Source of the DNA: the human T2T-CHM13v2.0 reference genome, Homo sapiens
Reading direction: 5' to 3' (one strand)
DNA: 64,000 nt
NCBI RefSeq assembly: GCF_009914755.1
Contig: NC_060930.1
Shown here one piece after another: positions 1-18,481 of the stretch. Position 1 is the stretch's first letter; every line of letters begins with the position of its first letter. The notes under the pieces were generated by a model, which did no database searches, was not told where the DNA came from, and saw nothing but the letters and a program-made list of their open reading frames with translations. Made by a program: the position numbers and the translations under genes.

Positions 1-4568
<4,568 letters not shown>

Positions 4569-5084
4569 AAAATGAAAATATCCTGGACATTTGTAAATAT
4601 AAAGATGAAGCCTTGTGAGAGGATAGAGCTAAAGTTCTGAGAGGTATAAGCATAAAAATGTGAGTTCAAGATATGAGAAAATATTAAGTTACTGTGAGAA
4701 AGAGGAAGAGAACTAGGAAGAGAAACAGAAACAGATAAGATGTAGAGGTAGGAGCATAACTAGGAAAATCTAGTGCCATTGCAGGCAAGAGGAGGGGTTT
4801 TCAGATGATGGTACACCATGTCAGATAATTCATATAATCGATGTCAAAAAATATCACTTACAAAAGACCTTTAAATTTGGCAGTTGGGACATTATTAATG
4901 ACCTCATGCAAACCTCAATGGTGAAGTATTTACAACTACTCACATAACATTCTCTTCTACATAGACAAGTTGGAGGGGAAAAAAGGTAATTTTTTATTCT
5001 TTCAGTGAAAGGAAAAATATTCAAAAGTTATCTGAGTGAAGAAAAAAAAGGAGACCTGAGAAGGCCATTCAAGATTTGCCCTAA

Positions 5085-5290
5085 TCTGCCTTCCTTAGGA
5101 AGCTTGCCCTGATACCCCCAGAGATGCCAAGGTGCCTGTTCTCCAGGGACCTTATGTCCATGACTAACTGGAACAGACTGGACTCAGTGCCTCAGAGCCA
5201 GGGCCTGGGGCTCTTGCCTCTCTATTGATCTAGCATGGTGTCTGACCCAGAGGAGCACATTAAATATTTATGTAATAAATAAATGAATGA
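5085..5290 (+). mobile_element. L2 3'-end relic
   Basis: Degenerate match to the L2 tail (agcatggtgtctgacccagaggagcacattaaatatttatg...aaatgaatgaa). Confidence 0.55.
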
Positions 5291-8174
5291 AATGTCTATG
5301 GATTGGAATGGGGGAACAGGAGGTGTTGATACTTTTTGGCAAAGCCCGGTGAGTCATATGAAAACCTCTTTAATTATAATATATTCACTTTGTGAGGATT
5401 GTTACACTTGCTCAAATTTGATAGGCACTTTTATGAAAGATTTTTATTCCTATTCACACACACACAAAACCCCCCACACATCAGTACTGTCAAGACTGAC
5501 CAGTCTATTTTCCCCTTTAACTGGCAGCATTCATATTCACTTTATTGTGTGAAATAACATTGTTTCCTCTTCCCTTTATCTTGCTTATGTCTGACCTTCC
5601 ATTAAAAGTTGCTTAGAAACTGCTTAGCAAATAGTCAGGGTGCTCCTCACTGACATCTTCCTTTTGTGACCTGTCAGCTATTCTGTTGGTCCATTCCCTC
5701 TCCATAAGCGTTTTTAGGCTTCTTTTTATCTCCTTTCAACAAACAAGACTAAAGCTCAACATTTTCCCTCCATTGAAAGGAAACATCCACTGCCTCTAAA
5801 GCTTTGCTGCATGCAAGCAGCCTTCATACACCTGCCAGTTAAGAGGAGAGTAGATTGGCAAAGCTTCCATGGGCTTTTGATTTTTATTAATGGTTTTGCA
5901 CAGTGTGCTAAGCAAGCCATAAGTTAAAAAAAAAAACGCTCAAAATACAAATTCCATGATGCTCACTGAAATCAACTAGAGTTGGAGGACATGAAATAAG
6001 AGGTCATGGGCTTCCTTTCACACAAAAAACAGTGCATAATCCACACTATCCTGTGAATATAAGGCACTTTAGGATGTTAAAATAGAATTCTACCGTACCC
6101 AAGGAAAGGCTCTCCCCAGAATTACAGTTTACACTGTAAATACAATTTGCACAACAACAAATCCCTCCTCTGTGTTTCTCAGTATTTCTCCTGATGTAAC
6201 TGATCACATCGAACTACATGCCAAGGACAATCCTGAAAAGGAAAACAATTCAAAGCAATCTTTATTATATGCCTATTATGGGTTAAATAATATCCTAGAG
6301 TCTCGCCAGTAGGTTGTGGTGGTAAGGGGGAAATGGAATAAGAAATAAGAAAGGCACAGTGTCTGCCCTCAAGAAATTTACAGTTATGAGTGAGGAGGGG
6401 AATAGAAGTATGTTGCATAATTCTACAATCCTTTCTGTGTTGAGCTGGCTCTATGGACAAAGTACTACAGTGGCAGTGGGAACAGCTAGACAAATTCTGC
6501 CTAAAAAGGGGAAGAGAAAGCAGAGGGGGTTAGAGAAAACCTCACATAGATGAATTCAAACTAAGCTTGCACAAAGGGGGTCATATTAGGTGAAAGACAC
6601 CATAGAGACCTGAGAGGTGTCTATGGAAGAATAGAGGACAAGACCATATTTTTCCTTGAGATTGGAACATGAGAGTAGTACTATTGAGTTGGTTGTTAGC
6701 TTCTGACCCAGTCACCTAAGCTAACTTTTCCCTCCCCTACTGCCTGCCTTGCTCAATGGTATTGTGGGCCCTGGGGAAGCTACTCGTATTATATATTCAT
6801 ATATAAGATATGTTATATATAAATACATATAAATATATATTTATACATATAATACATTATAGAAGTCGTAAGTTAAAAAATGAAACTACAAAATTCACGT
6901 GTGTGTGTGGTGTGTGTGGTGTGTATGTTTCTGATATTTTCTGGCCATAAACCAGGACAAATAATAATACTGAGACTTTTTTTCAGACTTGCAAGATTAT
7001 TTTTATGAAAATCTGTAGGGATATTATTAAGCAAGCACATGCTACATACTATCCTCATTGTAAGGATCGTAGGAAGAAATTTCTTCCTGATTTTAGTATT
7101 AGGAATGGTTGTGCTTCCCTTGAGCACCTAGGCACTGACTTAAATTTTCCCATTGACTGCTCATAAGTTTTGCATCAACACTGTGTCACATAGTAGCAAG
7201 TATACAAAGTCTGCTCCTATATATTGTTGTGCTAGACACAATCCTGGCTGTACTTTAAAATTGTATATCCCTATACTTGCTTGTTCTTTTCTTTCTTATT
7301 AATCATAATTTTGTGTAATTTTCTATTTTATATATCCTTTAAATCTTTTTTGGAAACATATAGATGAGAAACATGAAAATAAAATAAATATATTTAAAAG
7401 TAGATGGATTTAATAAATCTTGTTTACTGAAAATAATCATTCAATTATTTAATTTCCCAGGAAAACTAAAGAGGTAACTTTTGGTTTAAGCCCAGCTGCT
7501 GACAGATGAGTACTTTACATTCTTGTTACTGCTTTGTTATTACCCTTATATAAGTAAAACTGGAAATTCAAGGTTAAAAGTTGACTTTCCATGCCTGTAA
7601 TTCCAAGTTACTACCACATATAATATTAAACAGAACTTTAAAGAATTAGATAATCATAAGAACAATGATCTGAAGAGAGTATTCAGCAATCTGGCTGAGA
7701 AAATTAGTGTCTTTGAAAAGCCCTGCTATTTTTTAAAAATTCTGAATACTGTACTCCATAGAAATTAATGCTTGGGAGACAGTTTCCACTATATTTTTTA
7801 TCATGTATTAATGTTCTGCCATTTTGTCAAGTCCAGGCTTATACTTGACATTTGTCTCTTTTAAATTGAAAACAAATGTTACATAAGTTTGGAAGAACAC
7901 AGCATTTCCCAGAATGAAATGATTTTTCAAAAAATGCTTATGTTTTGATTGAAAGTCCTGCTTTTTCCACAGAAACAAAAAAAGTCCATTTGCCTCTCAG
8001 TTTTTTTCTCCTCTTTTGTTTGCCCATTTTCAGAATAGTCACACATCAAGAAATTGGAGCTCTCCATAATGTCCAGAATCAGAAGCCGAAGAGTTTCTGT
8101 GCAGAGCTAACCTCTATATACAAATTGCCAGTGTTTTCAATTTCCTTCACTTTCTTGCTGAAAAAGAGAAGGAA

Positions 8175-8360
8175 ACAGCTATTCATTAAGCACCTACCAC
8201 ATGGCAGGTGTTTTTCTGAGTGCTTTGTGTACATTATCTCCCTTAATCCTCATAGTAACCCTATGAGGAAGACAGTTTTATCCTCATTTTATAGCTCAGG
8301 AAACTGAAGCTCAGGGAGGATAAGTAACTTGCCCTGGGTCACCCAGCCACTGGATGGATT
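8175..8360 (-). mobile_element. MIR SINE
   Basis: MIR core: ttaatcctcatagtaaccctatgagg...cattttatagctcaggaaactgaagctcagggaggataagtaacttgccc. Confidence 0.85.
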
Positions 8361-8769
8361 ATTACCTTGGGCCTATCTTACTGCAAAGCACTTCGGCCCT
8401 TACACAAAACATGCCACCTCCCACCTTGCACATGGCTTGCAAGACCTTTTCTATTTTCACTCTGATGTTTTAACCTTGCTTATAGATTTTCATTTTGAGC
8501 TATATAAATCTTCTACTAAGGTCCTTTTAGTTGAGTTTCAGGTTCCTTTTATTTATTCTAAAACATTTTTATTTCTGGGTAAGCAGGGTAATTTTTCCTT
8601 ATAGTAAATTTTAGATCACATTGTTATTATGAAAATACATTTCAAGGATCATTGTAACCTAATTTAAAAATTAAGTTATTAACAAAAACTAGCATTAGCA
8701 TCAAATTAAGAAAAAAAATACATAGCAACAACAACATATTGAGAGTTTTTTCTCTTTTATTCTCCGTTT

Positions 8770-9590
8770 CTGGGAGTCTATTGCTACATAACAAATTATA
8801 GTCATGCACCTTTTGGTCAACAACAGACTGCATATACAATGGTGGTTCCATTAGAATATAATATCATATTTTTACTGTACCTTTTCTATGTTTAGATATG
8901 TTTAGCTACACATATATTACCATTGTGTTACCATTGCCTACGGTATACAGTAAAGTAGCATGCTACACAGGTTTGAAGCCTAGCAGCAATAGGCTACATC
9001 ATATAGGTTAGGTGTGTAGTAGGCTATACCATCCAGGTTTGTGTAAATACATCCTGTGATGTTTGCACATCCTAACAACACATTTCTCAGGATGTGTCCC
9101 CATCATTAAGCAACACATGGCTGTACTACAAAAGTTAGCAATGTGAAGCAATAACAATTTTATTATATCACATAATTTTTGTGAGTCAAAAATTTGAGTA
9201 GGGCTTAGCAGGCCCACTTTTCTGTTCTATATGGCTTGGATTAAAGTCACTGGCTAGTGCTCAGCTGGCTGATTGGCTGACTTGGAGAGTCCAAGGCAGC
9301 TTCACTCAAGTCTGTGTCTTGGGATGGCTGGAAAGCTGGGCTCAGCTGGGATTGTCCACGGAAGCATCTACACTAGCTTCCTGCACATGGTGATTTCAGT
9401 GTCATCAGGCTTCCTACACAGTGGGTCAGGGCTTCCAGAGAAAGTTTCTCAAGAGTTAAAAAGTGAACTGGTCCTGGAGACTAGCACAGCACTGCTTCTG
9501 CTATATTCTGTTGTTTAGTTGGGAAGAAAAGGTACCCTACTCCTGGATGGAAGGAGCGTCAAAAGATTTTGTAGCTAACTTTATCACAAC
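8770..9590 (-). mobile_element. Old MaLR LTR (MLT1F/G/H-like) split by Tigger3a
   Basis: tctattgctacataacaaatta...ctacaaaagttagc..aagcaataacaattt and gctggaaagctgggctcagctggga are typical reverse-strand MLT1 sequence. Confidence 0.7.
8799..9123 (-). mobile_element. Tigger3a (MER7A) non-autonomous DNA transposon
   Basis: Ends tagtcatgcac / acacatggctg flanked by TA on both sides (8797-8798, 9124-9125); body matches recalled MER7A (gtgtagtaggctataccat, ctttctatgtttagata). Confidence 0.85.
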
Positions 9591-9982
9591 CATATTTTCT
9601 GTATAAAATATATATTCTAAGAGGCTGATTATATAATACAAACTTTAAATTTATCCATTGATAGGCAATATTGTAAAAGCTTTATTGGAGGGTTAGCCTA
9701 ATAAAAGGTATTAGAATTGTCAATTAAACAAGACAAAAAACATTAAAATCAAAACAAAAATCTCATGAGAGTAAAAATATTCTCCAATGTCCAGTTTAGT
9801 GCAGCTTGAAGAAACAGTAAATAAAACTCTTTGTGTCTTATTAAACATCATGATTCTTGTGCTAGTTGTTTATTTCTATTTTCTTTCTCTAAGGTAGAAG
9901 ATGATTTACAAACCAAATATTAGCCTTGAGTGGCTTCTACGTAAAATTGGCAAAAATTCTAGTTCCCTAAGCATGAAGTTTA

Positions 9983-12591
9983 GTTTATTTATTTATTTAT
10001 TTAAAATTTTCTTTAAAATTATACTTTAAGCTCTGGGGTACATGTGCAGACTCTGCAGTTTTGTTACATAGGTTTACATGTGCCATGGTGGTTTGCTGCA
10101 CCCATCAACCCGTCACCTATATCAGTTATTTCTCCTAATGCTATCCCATCTCTAGCCCCCTACCTCCCTACAGGCCTGAGTGTGTGATGTTCCCCTCACT
10201 GTGTCCACATGTTCTCATTGTTCAAGTACCACTTATGAGTGAGAACATGCGGTGTTTGGTTTTCTGTTCTTGTGTTAGTTTGCTGAGAATGATGATTTCC
10301 AGCTTCATCCATGTCCCTGCAAAGGACATGAACTTATCCATTTTTATGGCTGCATAATATTCCATGGTGTATATGTGTCACATTTTCTTTAACCAGTCTA
10401 TCATTGATGGATACTTGGGTTGGTTCCAAGTCTTTGCTATTGTGAATAGTGCCACAATAAACATATGTGTGCATGTGTCTTTATAGTAGAATGATTTATA
10501 ATCCTTTGGACATATACCCAGTAATGGGATTGCTGGGTCAAATGGTATTTCCAGTTCTAGATCCTTGATGAATCACAACACTGTCTTTCACAATGATTGA
10601 ACTAATTTACACTACCACCAACTGTGTAAAAGTGTTCCTATTTCTCCACATCCTCTCCAGCATCTCGTTTCCTGAGTTTTTAATGATTGCCATTCTAACT
10701 GCCATGAGATGATATCTCATTGTGGTTTGATTTGTATTTCTCTAATGACCAGTGATGATGAGCATTTTTTCATATGTTTGTTGGCTGCATAAATGTCTTC
10801 TTTTGAGAAGTGTTTGTTCATTTCCTTTGCACACTTTTTGATGGGATTTTTTTTCTTTAAATTTGTTTAAGTTCTTTGTAGATTCTGGAAATCAGCCCTT
10901 TGCCAGATGGATAGATTGCAAAAATTTGCTCACATTCTGTAGGTTCCTGTTCACTCTGATGAGAGTTTCTTTTGCTGTGCAGAAACTCTTTAGTTTAATT
11001 AGATCCCATTTGTCAATTTTGGCTTTTGTTGCCATTGCTTTTGGTGTTTTACACATGAAGTCTTTGCCCATGCCTATGTCCTGAATGGTATTGCCTAGGT
11101 TTTCTTCTAGGATTTTTATGGTTTTAGGTCTTAAGTTTGAGTCTTTAATCCATCTTGAGTTAATTTTTGTATAAGGTGCAAGGAAGGGATCCAGTTTCAG
11201 TTTTCTGCATATGGCTAGCCAGTTTTCCCAATACCATTGATTACATAGAGAATCCTTTCCCCACTGCTTGTTTTTGTCAGGTTTGTCAAAGATCAGATAG
11301 TTGTAGATGTGTGGTGTTATTTCTGAGGACTCTGTTTTATTCCATTGGTCTATATGTCTATTTTGGTACCAGTACCATGCTGTTTTGGTCACCGTAGCCT
11401 TGTAGTATAGTTTGAAGTCAGGTAGCGTGATGTCTCTGGCTTTGTTCTTTTTGCATAAGATTGTCTTGGCTATGAGGGCTCTTTTTTGTTTCCATATGAA
11501 GTTTAAAGTAGTTTTTTTCCAATTCTGTGCAGAAAGTCAATGGTAGCTTGATGGGGATAGCAGTGAATCTATAAATTACTTTGGGCATTATGGCCATTTT
11601 CACAATATTGATTCTTCCTATCCATGAGCATGGAATGTTTTTCCATTTTTTTGTGTCCTCTTTTATTTCCTTGAGCAGCGGTTTGTACTGCTGAATTCTA
11701 CCAGAGGTACAAAGAGGAGCTGGTACCACTCCTTCTGAAACTATTCCAAACAACAGAAAAAGAGGGAATCCTTCCTAACTCATTTTATGAGGCCAGCATC
11801 ATCCTGATACCAAAACCTGGCAGGGACTCAATAAAAAAGAAAATTTCAGGCCAGTATCCCTGATGAACATCAATGCAAAAATCCTCAATAAAATACTGAC
11901 AAACTGAATCCAGCAGCACATCAAAAAGCTTATTCACCATAATCAAATCAGCTTCATACCTGGGAGGCAAGGCTGGTTTAACATATGCAAATCAATAAAC
12001 GTAATCCATCACATAAACAGAACCAACGACGAAAACCACATGATTATCTCAATAGATGCAGAAAATGCCTTTGACAAAATTCAACAGCCCTTCATGCTAA
12101 AAACTCACAATAAAGTAGGTATTGATGTGATGTATCTCAAAATAACAAGAGCTATTTATGACAAACCCACAGCCAATATCATACTGAATGGGCAAAAACT
12201 GGAAGCATTCCCTTTGAAAACCAGCACAAGACAGGGATGCCCTCTCTCACCACTCCTATTCAACATAGTATTGGAAGTTCTGGCCAGGGCAATCAGGCAA
12301 GAGAAAGAAATAAAAGGTATTCAAATAGGAAAGGAAGAAGTCAAATTGTCTCTGTTTACAGATGACATGATCATGTATTTAGAAAACCCCATCTTCTCAG
12401 CCCAAAATCTCCTTAAGCTGATAAGCAACTTCAGCAAAGTCTCAGGATACAAAATCAATGTGCAAAAATCACAAGCATTCCTATATGCCAGCAACAGACA
12501 AACAGAGAGCCAAATCATGGGTGAACTCCCATTCACGATTGCTACAAAGAGAATAAAATACATAGGAATATGACTTACAAGGGATGTGAAG
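9983..12591 (-). mobile_element. 5'-truncated, 5'-inverted LINE-1 (L1PA7-like): 3' part on - strand (9983-11687), inverted RT segment on + strand (11688-12591)
   Basis: T-rich tail near 9983-10015; minus-strand ORF2 C-terminal ORFs ([16 protein letters not shown]); plus-strand RT ORF 12040-12573; candidate TSD TGAAGTTTA at 9974-9982 and 12587-12595. Confidence 0.93.
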
Positions 12592-12694
12592 TTTATTTTT
12601 AAAATCTTTTGGTGTTCTCTCAAAGGCTGCTGGCTTTGAGCAAAAGTTTCTTCCCCCTTCTACAGTAATAGGCTTGGTTGCATATGTGACAGTC

Positions 12695-12871
12695 TAGGTC
12701 TGAGGTTGGCAGGATGTCTGTCTGTTTTGTACATGAAGTTTAATTAAAGCAGTCATAACTATTCTTTGACTGTTGTGTATAACTGCTTTTATACTACAAT
12801 AGTAGAGTCTGGCTACAAAGTCTAAAATATTTACCACTGGGTCCTCAACAGAAAAAGTTTGTTGACCACTG
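12695..12871. mobile_element. MER58A-like hAT-Charlie MITE
   Basis: Characteristic end ggctacaaagtctaaaatatttaccactgggtcctcaacagaaaaagtttgttgaccactg. Confidence 0.75.
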
Positions 12872-12879
12872 GTCTAGGT

Positions 12880-13225
12880 CTCAAGTTCCCAGCCTCCTTT
12901 GTAGTTAAGTCTGGCAATGGAACTAATACCTTGCCAATGAGTGGAAGTGGTATGCCACTTAAGTTTGGCTTCTTGGGACAATGGAGAGCCCTTCTCTCAC
13001 CATCTACAACCCAATGTGACAGCAACTTAGTTTCCCCCCATGCAAACAAGGACAATGTCCTAAGGGATGGCAGAAAAATAAAATGAGAATAACCTTGTTC
13101 TCCGGATGACTACGTGGAGCATAATGATCCACCAATTCGGATCACCCTCCCTGAATTTTCACATGAAAAGTAAACTATCAACTTTAAACCACTGAAATAG
13201 TGTTAGTTTCTTTATTAAAGCAGTC
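12880..13225 (+). mobile_element. Ancient ERVL/MaLR LTR fragment (LTR16/LTR33/MLT1J-like)
   Basis: tcccagcctcctttgtagttaag...gccaatgagtggaagtggtatgccactt and a 3' tttaaaccactg...agtttctttattaaagcagtc. Confidence 0.5.
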
Positions 13226-14606
13226 GAGTCTTAATCTAAGATAGCTTCACAATTTCAACTACTAGTAAAATATGTAAATTATCATTTAAGTTGATCAAAA
13301 CCAGAGGTCATTAAATCCAGAAAAGAAGTTCCATCTAATTCATCGTTTTCATATGTCATGTAAGGGTAGTTAGGGATTGTTTGTCTTCAGTAAATGGTCT
13401 ACAGAAGAAAAAAAGCATGAAAATCAAAATTGTAATGAAACTGTACTCTGTGCCCCACAACATTACAGATCAGATTAACATCTGTCCCTTCCAGCTACTT
13501 TATGAATATGAAGGCAAAACAGACATCCAAGGAGAATCTGCTTAGGCATTTACAACAATTTGATTCTATCAGCTTCAATGCCTTAACACTAAATTTGTGT
13601 ATTCTTTTCATCTTTTTACATAAGATTAAGGAATCCATATCATCTATGGCTAACTAGAATGATGGTGACACAGGAAATAAGTTATATATTGATCATTTGT
13701 GCAAATAATATTGACATCCAACTACTATAGCCCAAGGGTTAAAGTCAAAAAGTCATCTCCAAATGTATGCTGAGATGGCATGCATCCCATGCTTCCTCTG
13801 TCTAATTTTTTTTGCTTATAATGATTTAATACATAAATTATACCTCTATTTCCCATTCTTGGTTTCATGCATTGTTCTTTTGGGGGATTGAATAAACACC
13901 AGAGAGATAAACATATAAATAGATCCTCAGATATCCACCATCAAATTTAAATGGTTAACCAATAATTAAGAGTTCCAAACGGAACTCAGAAGCCTTGCTC
14001 GGTAAGTCAGGAAGAGTCTGGGCAACCTTGTGCTCTGGGGACTTTATGCTTTGTACCTTTATTGTTAGATTTGTACACCATTTCCTTGAATGCCAAATTT
14101 AGGCATCCTTCCTAATTAATGATCTTTTCAAGCCCTTTTCAGAAGCCATTGGATTTTGATTAGGTCACAAAGGAAGGCTTTCTCTCTTAGGCACATAGTT
14201 TTCTGTATCCTTAGCAGTTAATTGAGTAGCAGAATAATGGTTTCCTTACAGAAAGGCTCGCAGACTGCACAGAGAGGTTGATGCCTCTTTAGTCACTGGG
14301 AACTTCAGTGACATTCAATAATGGTTGATAAATTTAAGCCCAGAATTAGAGACCAAGTTAATGTATTTGGACATATCTCAAGCTGATGTTTCCTAAGCAG
14401 CTGGCTCAGTGAAAGGATATGGAGGCTGGCTCTAGGCCTCTGCTTTCTTTCTGGGTGAATTTTCCATTACACTCCTATTCCTATACCTCACTGCTACATA
14501 GAAGGAACCAGAAATAGCTACTCCTTCTAGAAATTAGATAGTTTTCATTTATACAGAGCAAACTTTTCTGTGTAAAGTGCAAGGGTTCCCAAATTTGGGC
14601 AGAAAA

Positions 14607-14608
<2 letters not shown>

Positions 14609-14647
<39 letters not shown>
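14609..14647. repeat. (TG)n microsatellite
   Basis: About 19 perfect TG units. Confidence 0.98.
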
Positions 14648-14649
<2 letters not shown>

Positions 14650-15064
14650 TCCTCTCCTTACCCAATTATAGCTAAAACCATGGTTTATTATTTGCTGATC
14701 TTTCAAGCAGAGTGAAAGAAGAAGCAATAGTCTCTTCTTTTAATTTTAGTCATCTATGTTGACTTTCCCACCTGGTAAAAAATATAGGGGACCACTTAGC
14801 CCTAAGCCACATAGAAAAATTATCCACAAAACAGATTAGCATTTCTATGGAAAACATACAGAAATAATTAAAATCAAGGAAAAGGTAATCAATTCAAATA
14901 TTTAATTTTTGAGAATGATAAGAGAAAAATGAAATTGTTCTCTAATATCATAGAAGTCATCCCAGTATTTGTGTTCACTAGGTCATAGGGATCAAAGAGG
15001 TCCAGTATCTCTCTGATGTATAATTCAGACAATATGAGGAGTCCCTGACCAGGGCAAGGCCCTT

Positions 15065-15188
15065 TCTCTCTTCTCTCTCTCTCTCTCTTTCTCTCTCTCT
15101 GTGTGTGCATATACATATATATACACACACATATATATGTATATCTGTATTACAATGCCTATGTGTATATATATATGTCTGTATTACA

Positions 15189-15238
<50 letters not shown>
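15065..15238. repeat. Compound (TC)n/(CA)n/(TA)n microsatellite with an internal duplicated tctgtattaca(a/g)tgc unit
   Basis: Read directly; pure (TA)n at about 15193-15238. Confidence 0.95.
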
Positions 15239-15243
<5 letters not shown>

Positions 15244-16386
15244 CCCTGGTCTGTCACTAAACTCCACTAGAATAACAATAAAAGAACAATAAGAGGTATT
15301 TAAAACATTAATTCCTACATATGAATAGTTAAGACACTTAGATCGAAAATAGGTGTAAAAGTCCCCACTGTCTTATCAGAGTTGAGAAAGCTAACTGAGG
15401 CGCTGAGAGTGGGAGGCAGGTGGACTGTAAGCCCATGAAAATTTCTGGGCTTCAAAGACTGATAAAATCACCACAGTGAGTGGTGGAGTTGAAAATGGAA
15501 GAATTTGGTTGAATATTTGTGTCAGTAGCATTTGGACTCAGTCCCTGCCTTGCCAACGAAACATCCTAGTATCTGTCCTTTTCTACTCTCGCAAGAGAAG
15601 AGATTTTATTTGGTAGAGACTTGAAACAGGAATTCTCTCCCTTACTGAAAAAGAATAGGATTAAGTAAAGCTTCAGTATCCCCAGGGAAATTAACAAAGC
15701 TATTGAAAACATAAAATCAGAACAAAATATCATTAAAAACACAGAGAAGAGTATCAACATTTCTCTCTTCAAGGAAATACTTGGTTTTTTAAAAATTTGT
15801 ATACGTTTTTCCCCAAAAAGGTGCGAGAGTATTATAAATAAAATACTTTCAATCATGGTTATAACAGTTTTATTAATAAGTGTTTATATTTTCAATACAC
15901 AAGTTAATAAGTTCACTGTAAATACTTAACCTTTATGAATTTATGAATTTACTAATTTATTAATTAAATTATAAATATTTTAAGGCTCATTATTTTTCAA
16001 AACCTTTTAAGAGGTATTTAAGCACAAACATGTATTGCAGTGCTAATCCTCATAGGTGATGAAATGGCTGACTTAACAGAAAGTTGCTTACATTTTTGAT
16101 AATTGCCTGAAGTTAGTCTCAAAGAGACTGAACAATAGTGAGACAAGAGCAATTTTTACTGAGTAAGTTCTTTCGGTTTTCAGAGAAACAAGCAAAATCC
16201 ACCAAAATCATCTTAACTCTTTCTAAAATTCCTTTTGAGATTGATTTCTTATTTTATTTCAGAAAAGCTGTAGGATTATCAAGGAAAAAAGTGACATTTG
16301 AGAAGCTCTAAAAGGGTGAGTAGATTTTTTTATCTGTAACATTGAAAGAGGGAATAATATTCTAACAGGCACAAACATCGTGAAAT

Positions 16387-16685
16387 CATTGAGCTAGCTA
16401 AGTATAATGTGGTTGGTATCCTAACATGTGTTATATTTTACTCAGACAGCATCCATTCCACATCCTCCCACTCCCGATTTCCATTTAAACAAGTACCCAT
16501 CCCATTTTATATCATCATTGTGGGATAGTGAATCTAGGTGTTTGCCATCCCAGAACAAAATCCAAAGGAGTCCTAGATCCCATCTCTACCAGGTTCCATC
16601 TCTTGTCAACACAAATCAGCATAAGAGTAGGAATGAGACCCAAGCTTGACCAGCCAATGGGTAATTGCAGTCATTAGGGTTTTGG
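16387..16685 (+). repeat. Donor arm of a 299-bp inverted duplication (partner 20332-20630)
   Basis: Manual alignment to the reverse complement of 20332-20630: 23 mismatches, no gaps. Confidence 0.97.
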
Positions 16686-17754
16686 AGTAAAACCATGCAC
16701 CCATTAGCTATTAACCATTCTCCTATTTCAAAATAATTGCTGGCTGACTCCAGGCCTGTGGCAGAGACTGAATCCATGAACAGAGTACATAAGACAATCA
16801 TGACACCCAAGATAGTCATCATGAATTTGGGGTTTTCTGGTTCACTGTTGCCACAGGGCCCATTATCAGTGCTTTTCACTGACCTGTACAATAAGGCAAT
16901 TTGTGCTTTGGCATACCCAGTGCCCAGCACAATATTTGACATTTAAAAGGCACTCAATAAAAATATAATTGAAATAAATTCATGAAACTCTCAATAACAG
17001 TATTATTTATTAATAAATTTGAAAAAATGCTGAATGGATTATTAGTATCCTTTCATTAACAAATATGCAGATGTCATTACATCTTTGACTTTTGGTCTAA
17101 ATCTTTTAACTAGACTTTCTGTAACAGGTATTAAATTTTAAGAAATCAATATTCACTCATTTTGAGTATTTATTATGTGTCAAGTATAAGATACTAAAGA
17201 ACAGTAACTATCCAACCTAAATTTAATGATGATTTAGACTTGCTCTGTAGCTAATATTTCAAGTTTAAATCTTGTATTGCAGAGAAAAAGGCTAGAACGA
17301 AGGGAAAATGTTGAATCCATTGACCTTGAGTAAAATTTCCCAATTTTATACCAAGCATATAATGGTGCTGACCTGAGTTGGAAATGCCTGAGATAGCTTC
17401 CTTGTCCATTTTCCCTTAACACAAGGTTACTAAGCAACATCTTCACATAAAACAAAATACGTGGGATCAGATTGTGCCCACAACTCCTGGCAAAGACTGC
17501 AATATGTAATAATGTTGAATTGTGCTTTTCACTGATGTTATACAATATAAGAATTTCTTTTCAAGACATTTCAAGGTGACTCTACTTCTGTATGTCTAAG
17601 TCAGTTAATTCATCTCAGAAAGACATCTATTCTACCACTGAAATATTTCTTAGTAGGCTCGTGTAACATGGTCAGACAGTGAAAAACTGAGGGTGCTTAC
17701 ACAGGAGACTAGAGAGAAGAGGAGGGTAGAAAAAAGGGGACAAATGAATGTTGA

Positions 17755-17885
17755 GGACAGCTTCATGCCAAGGACTGCGTATTAATTATTTCAGGTGATT
17801 CTCATAGAAATTCTGTGTAGTGGGTATTATTATTTCTTACAGATGAGAGAAAACAGAAGTTAGAAGTCACTAAACTGGATCGAGA
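17755..17885 (-). mobile_element. MIR fragment
   Basis: attctcatagaaattctgtgtagtgggtattattatttcttacagatgagagaaaacagaag. Confidence 0.6.
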
Positions 17886-17971
17886 TTATACTAGGCCTTA
17901 GGGGAAAAGTATCTTCTATTTACTGTATTTCAACATTAAAATATAATTATCTTTATATATTTATTAAGCAT

Positions 17972-18383
17972 TGTGATGGATTGCATTATTTTTATACACA
18001 TTTGTATCCACATCTCTTAGTAGTGCCATTAATAACTACTTAGTAGTAGCTTGGCCAGTATTTGCTTTAGCCATGAGAAAGTACAAACGCAATGCAAGCA
18101 GAGGTTTGAAAATCACTTGCATATTTCCTCTTTGGCCACCTGCTAGCACCACAAAAACAAAGTTAGACTCACATGAAACTGCCTGAAGTAGTGCAAAGTC
18201 ATCCTAGACAAATCCACAGGGCAGTCGGCCCCAACCAACCAATCAGCAGAATCATAAGCAAGGCCAGCCAGGATCAGCAGAACTCTTCAGACAAACTGTA
18301 GATTTAGAAGAAATATTAAATCATCATTGCTTTAAGCCCCTAAGTTCTGGAGTGTTCTGTTAAGGAACAATAGCCAACTAATA
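17972..18383 (+). mobile_element. MaLR LTR (MLT1G-like)
   Basis: TGTGATGG start, atgcaagcagaggtttgaaaatcacttgc, and 3' tgctttaagcccctaagttctggagtg...aatagccaactaata. Confidence 0.7.
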
Positions 18384-18481
18384 TAAGAATCCACACTATA
18401 TAACATACTTTTCAATTAGTGCACATAGAAAATTATACAGACATGGTATTTATTTTCAGTCACATCACTGAACAGCGTGGA

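Noticed and set aside
11418-11753. ORF with a non-L1 N-terminus fused to L1 ORF2
   Set aside because: Artefact of reading across the L1 inversion junction at 11687/11688
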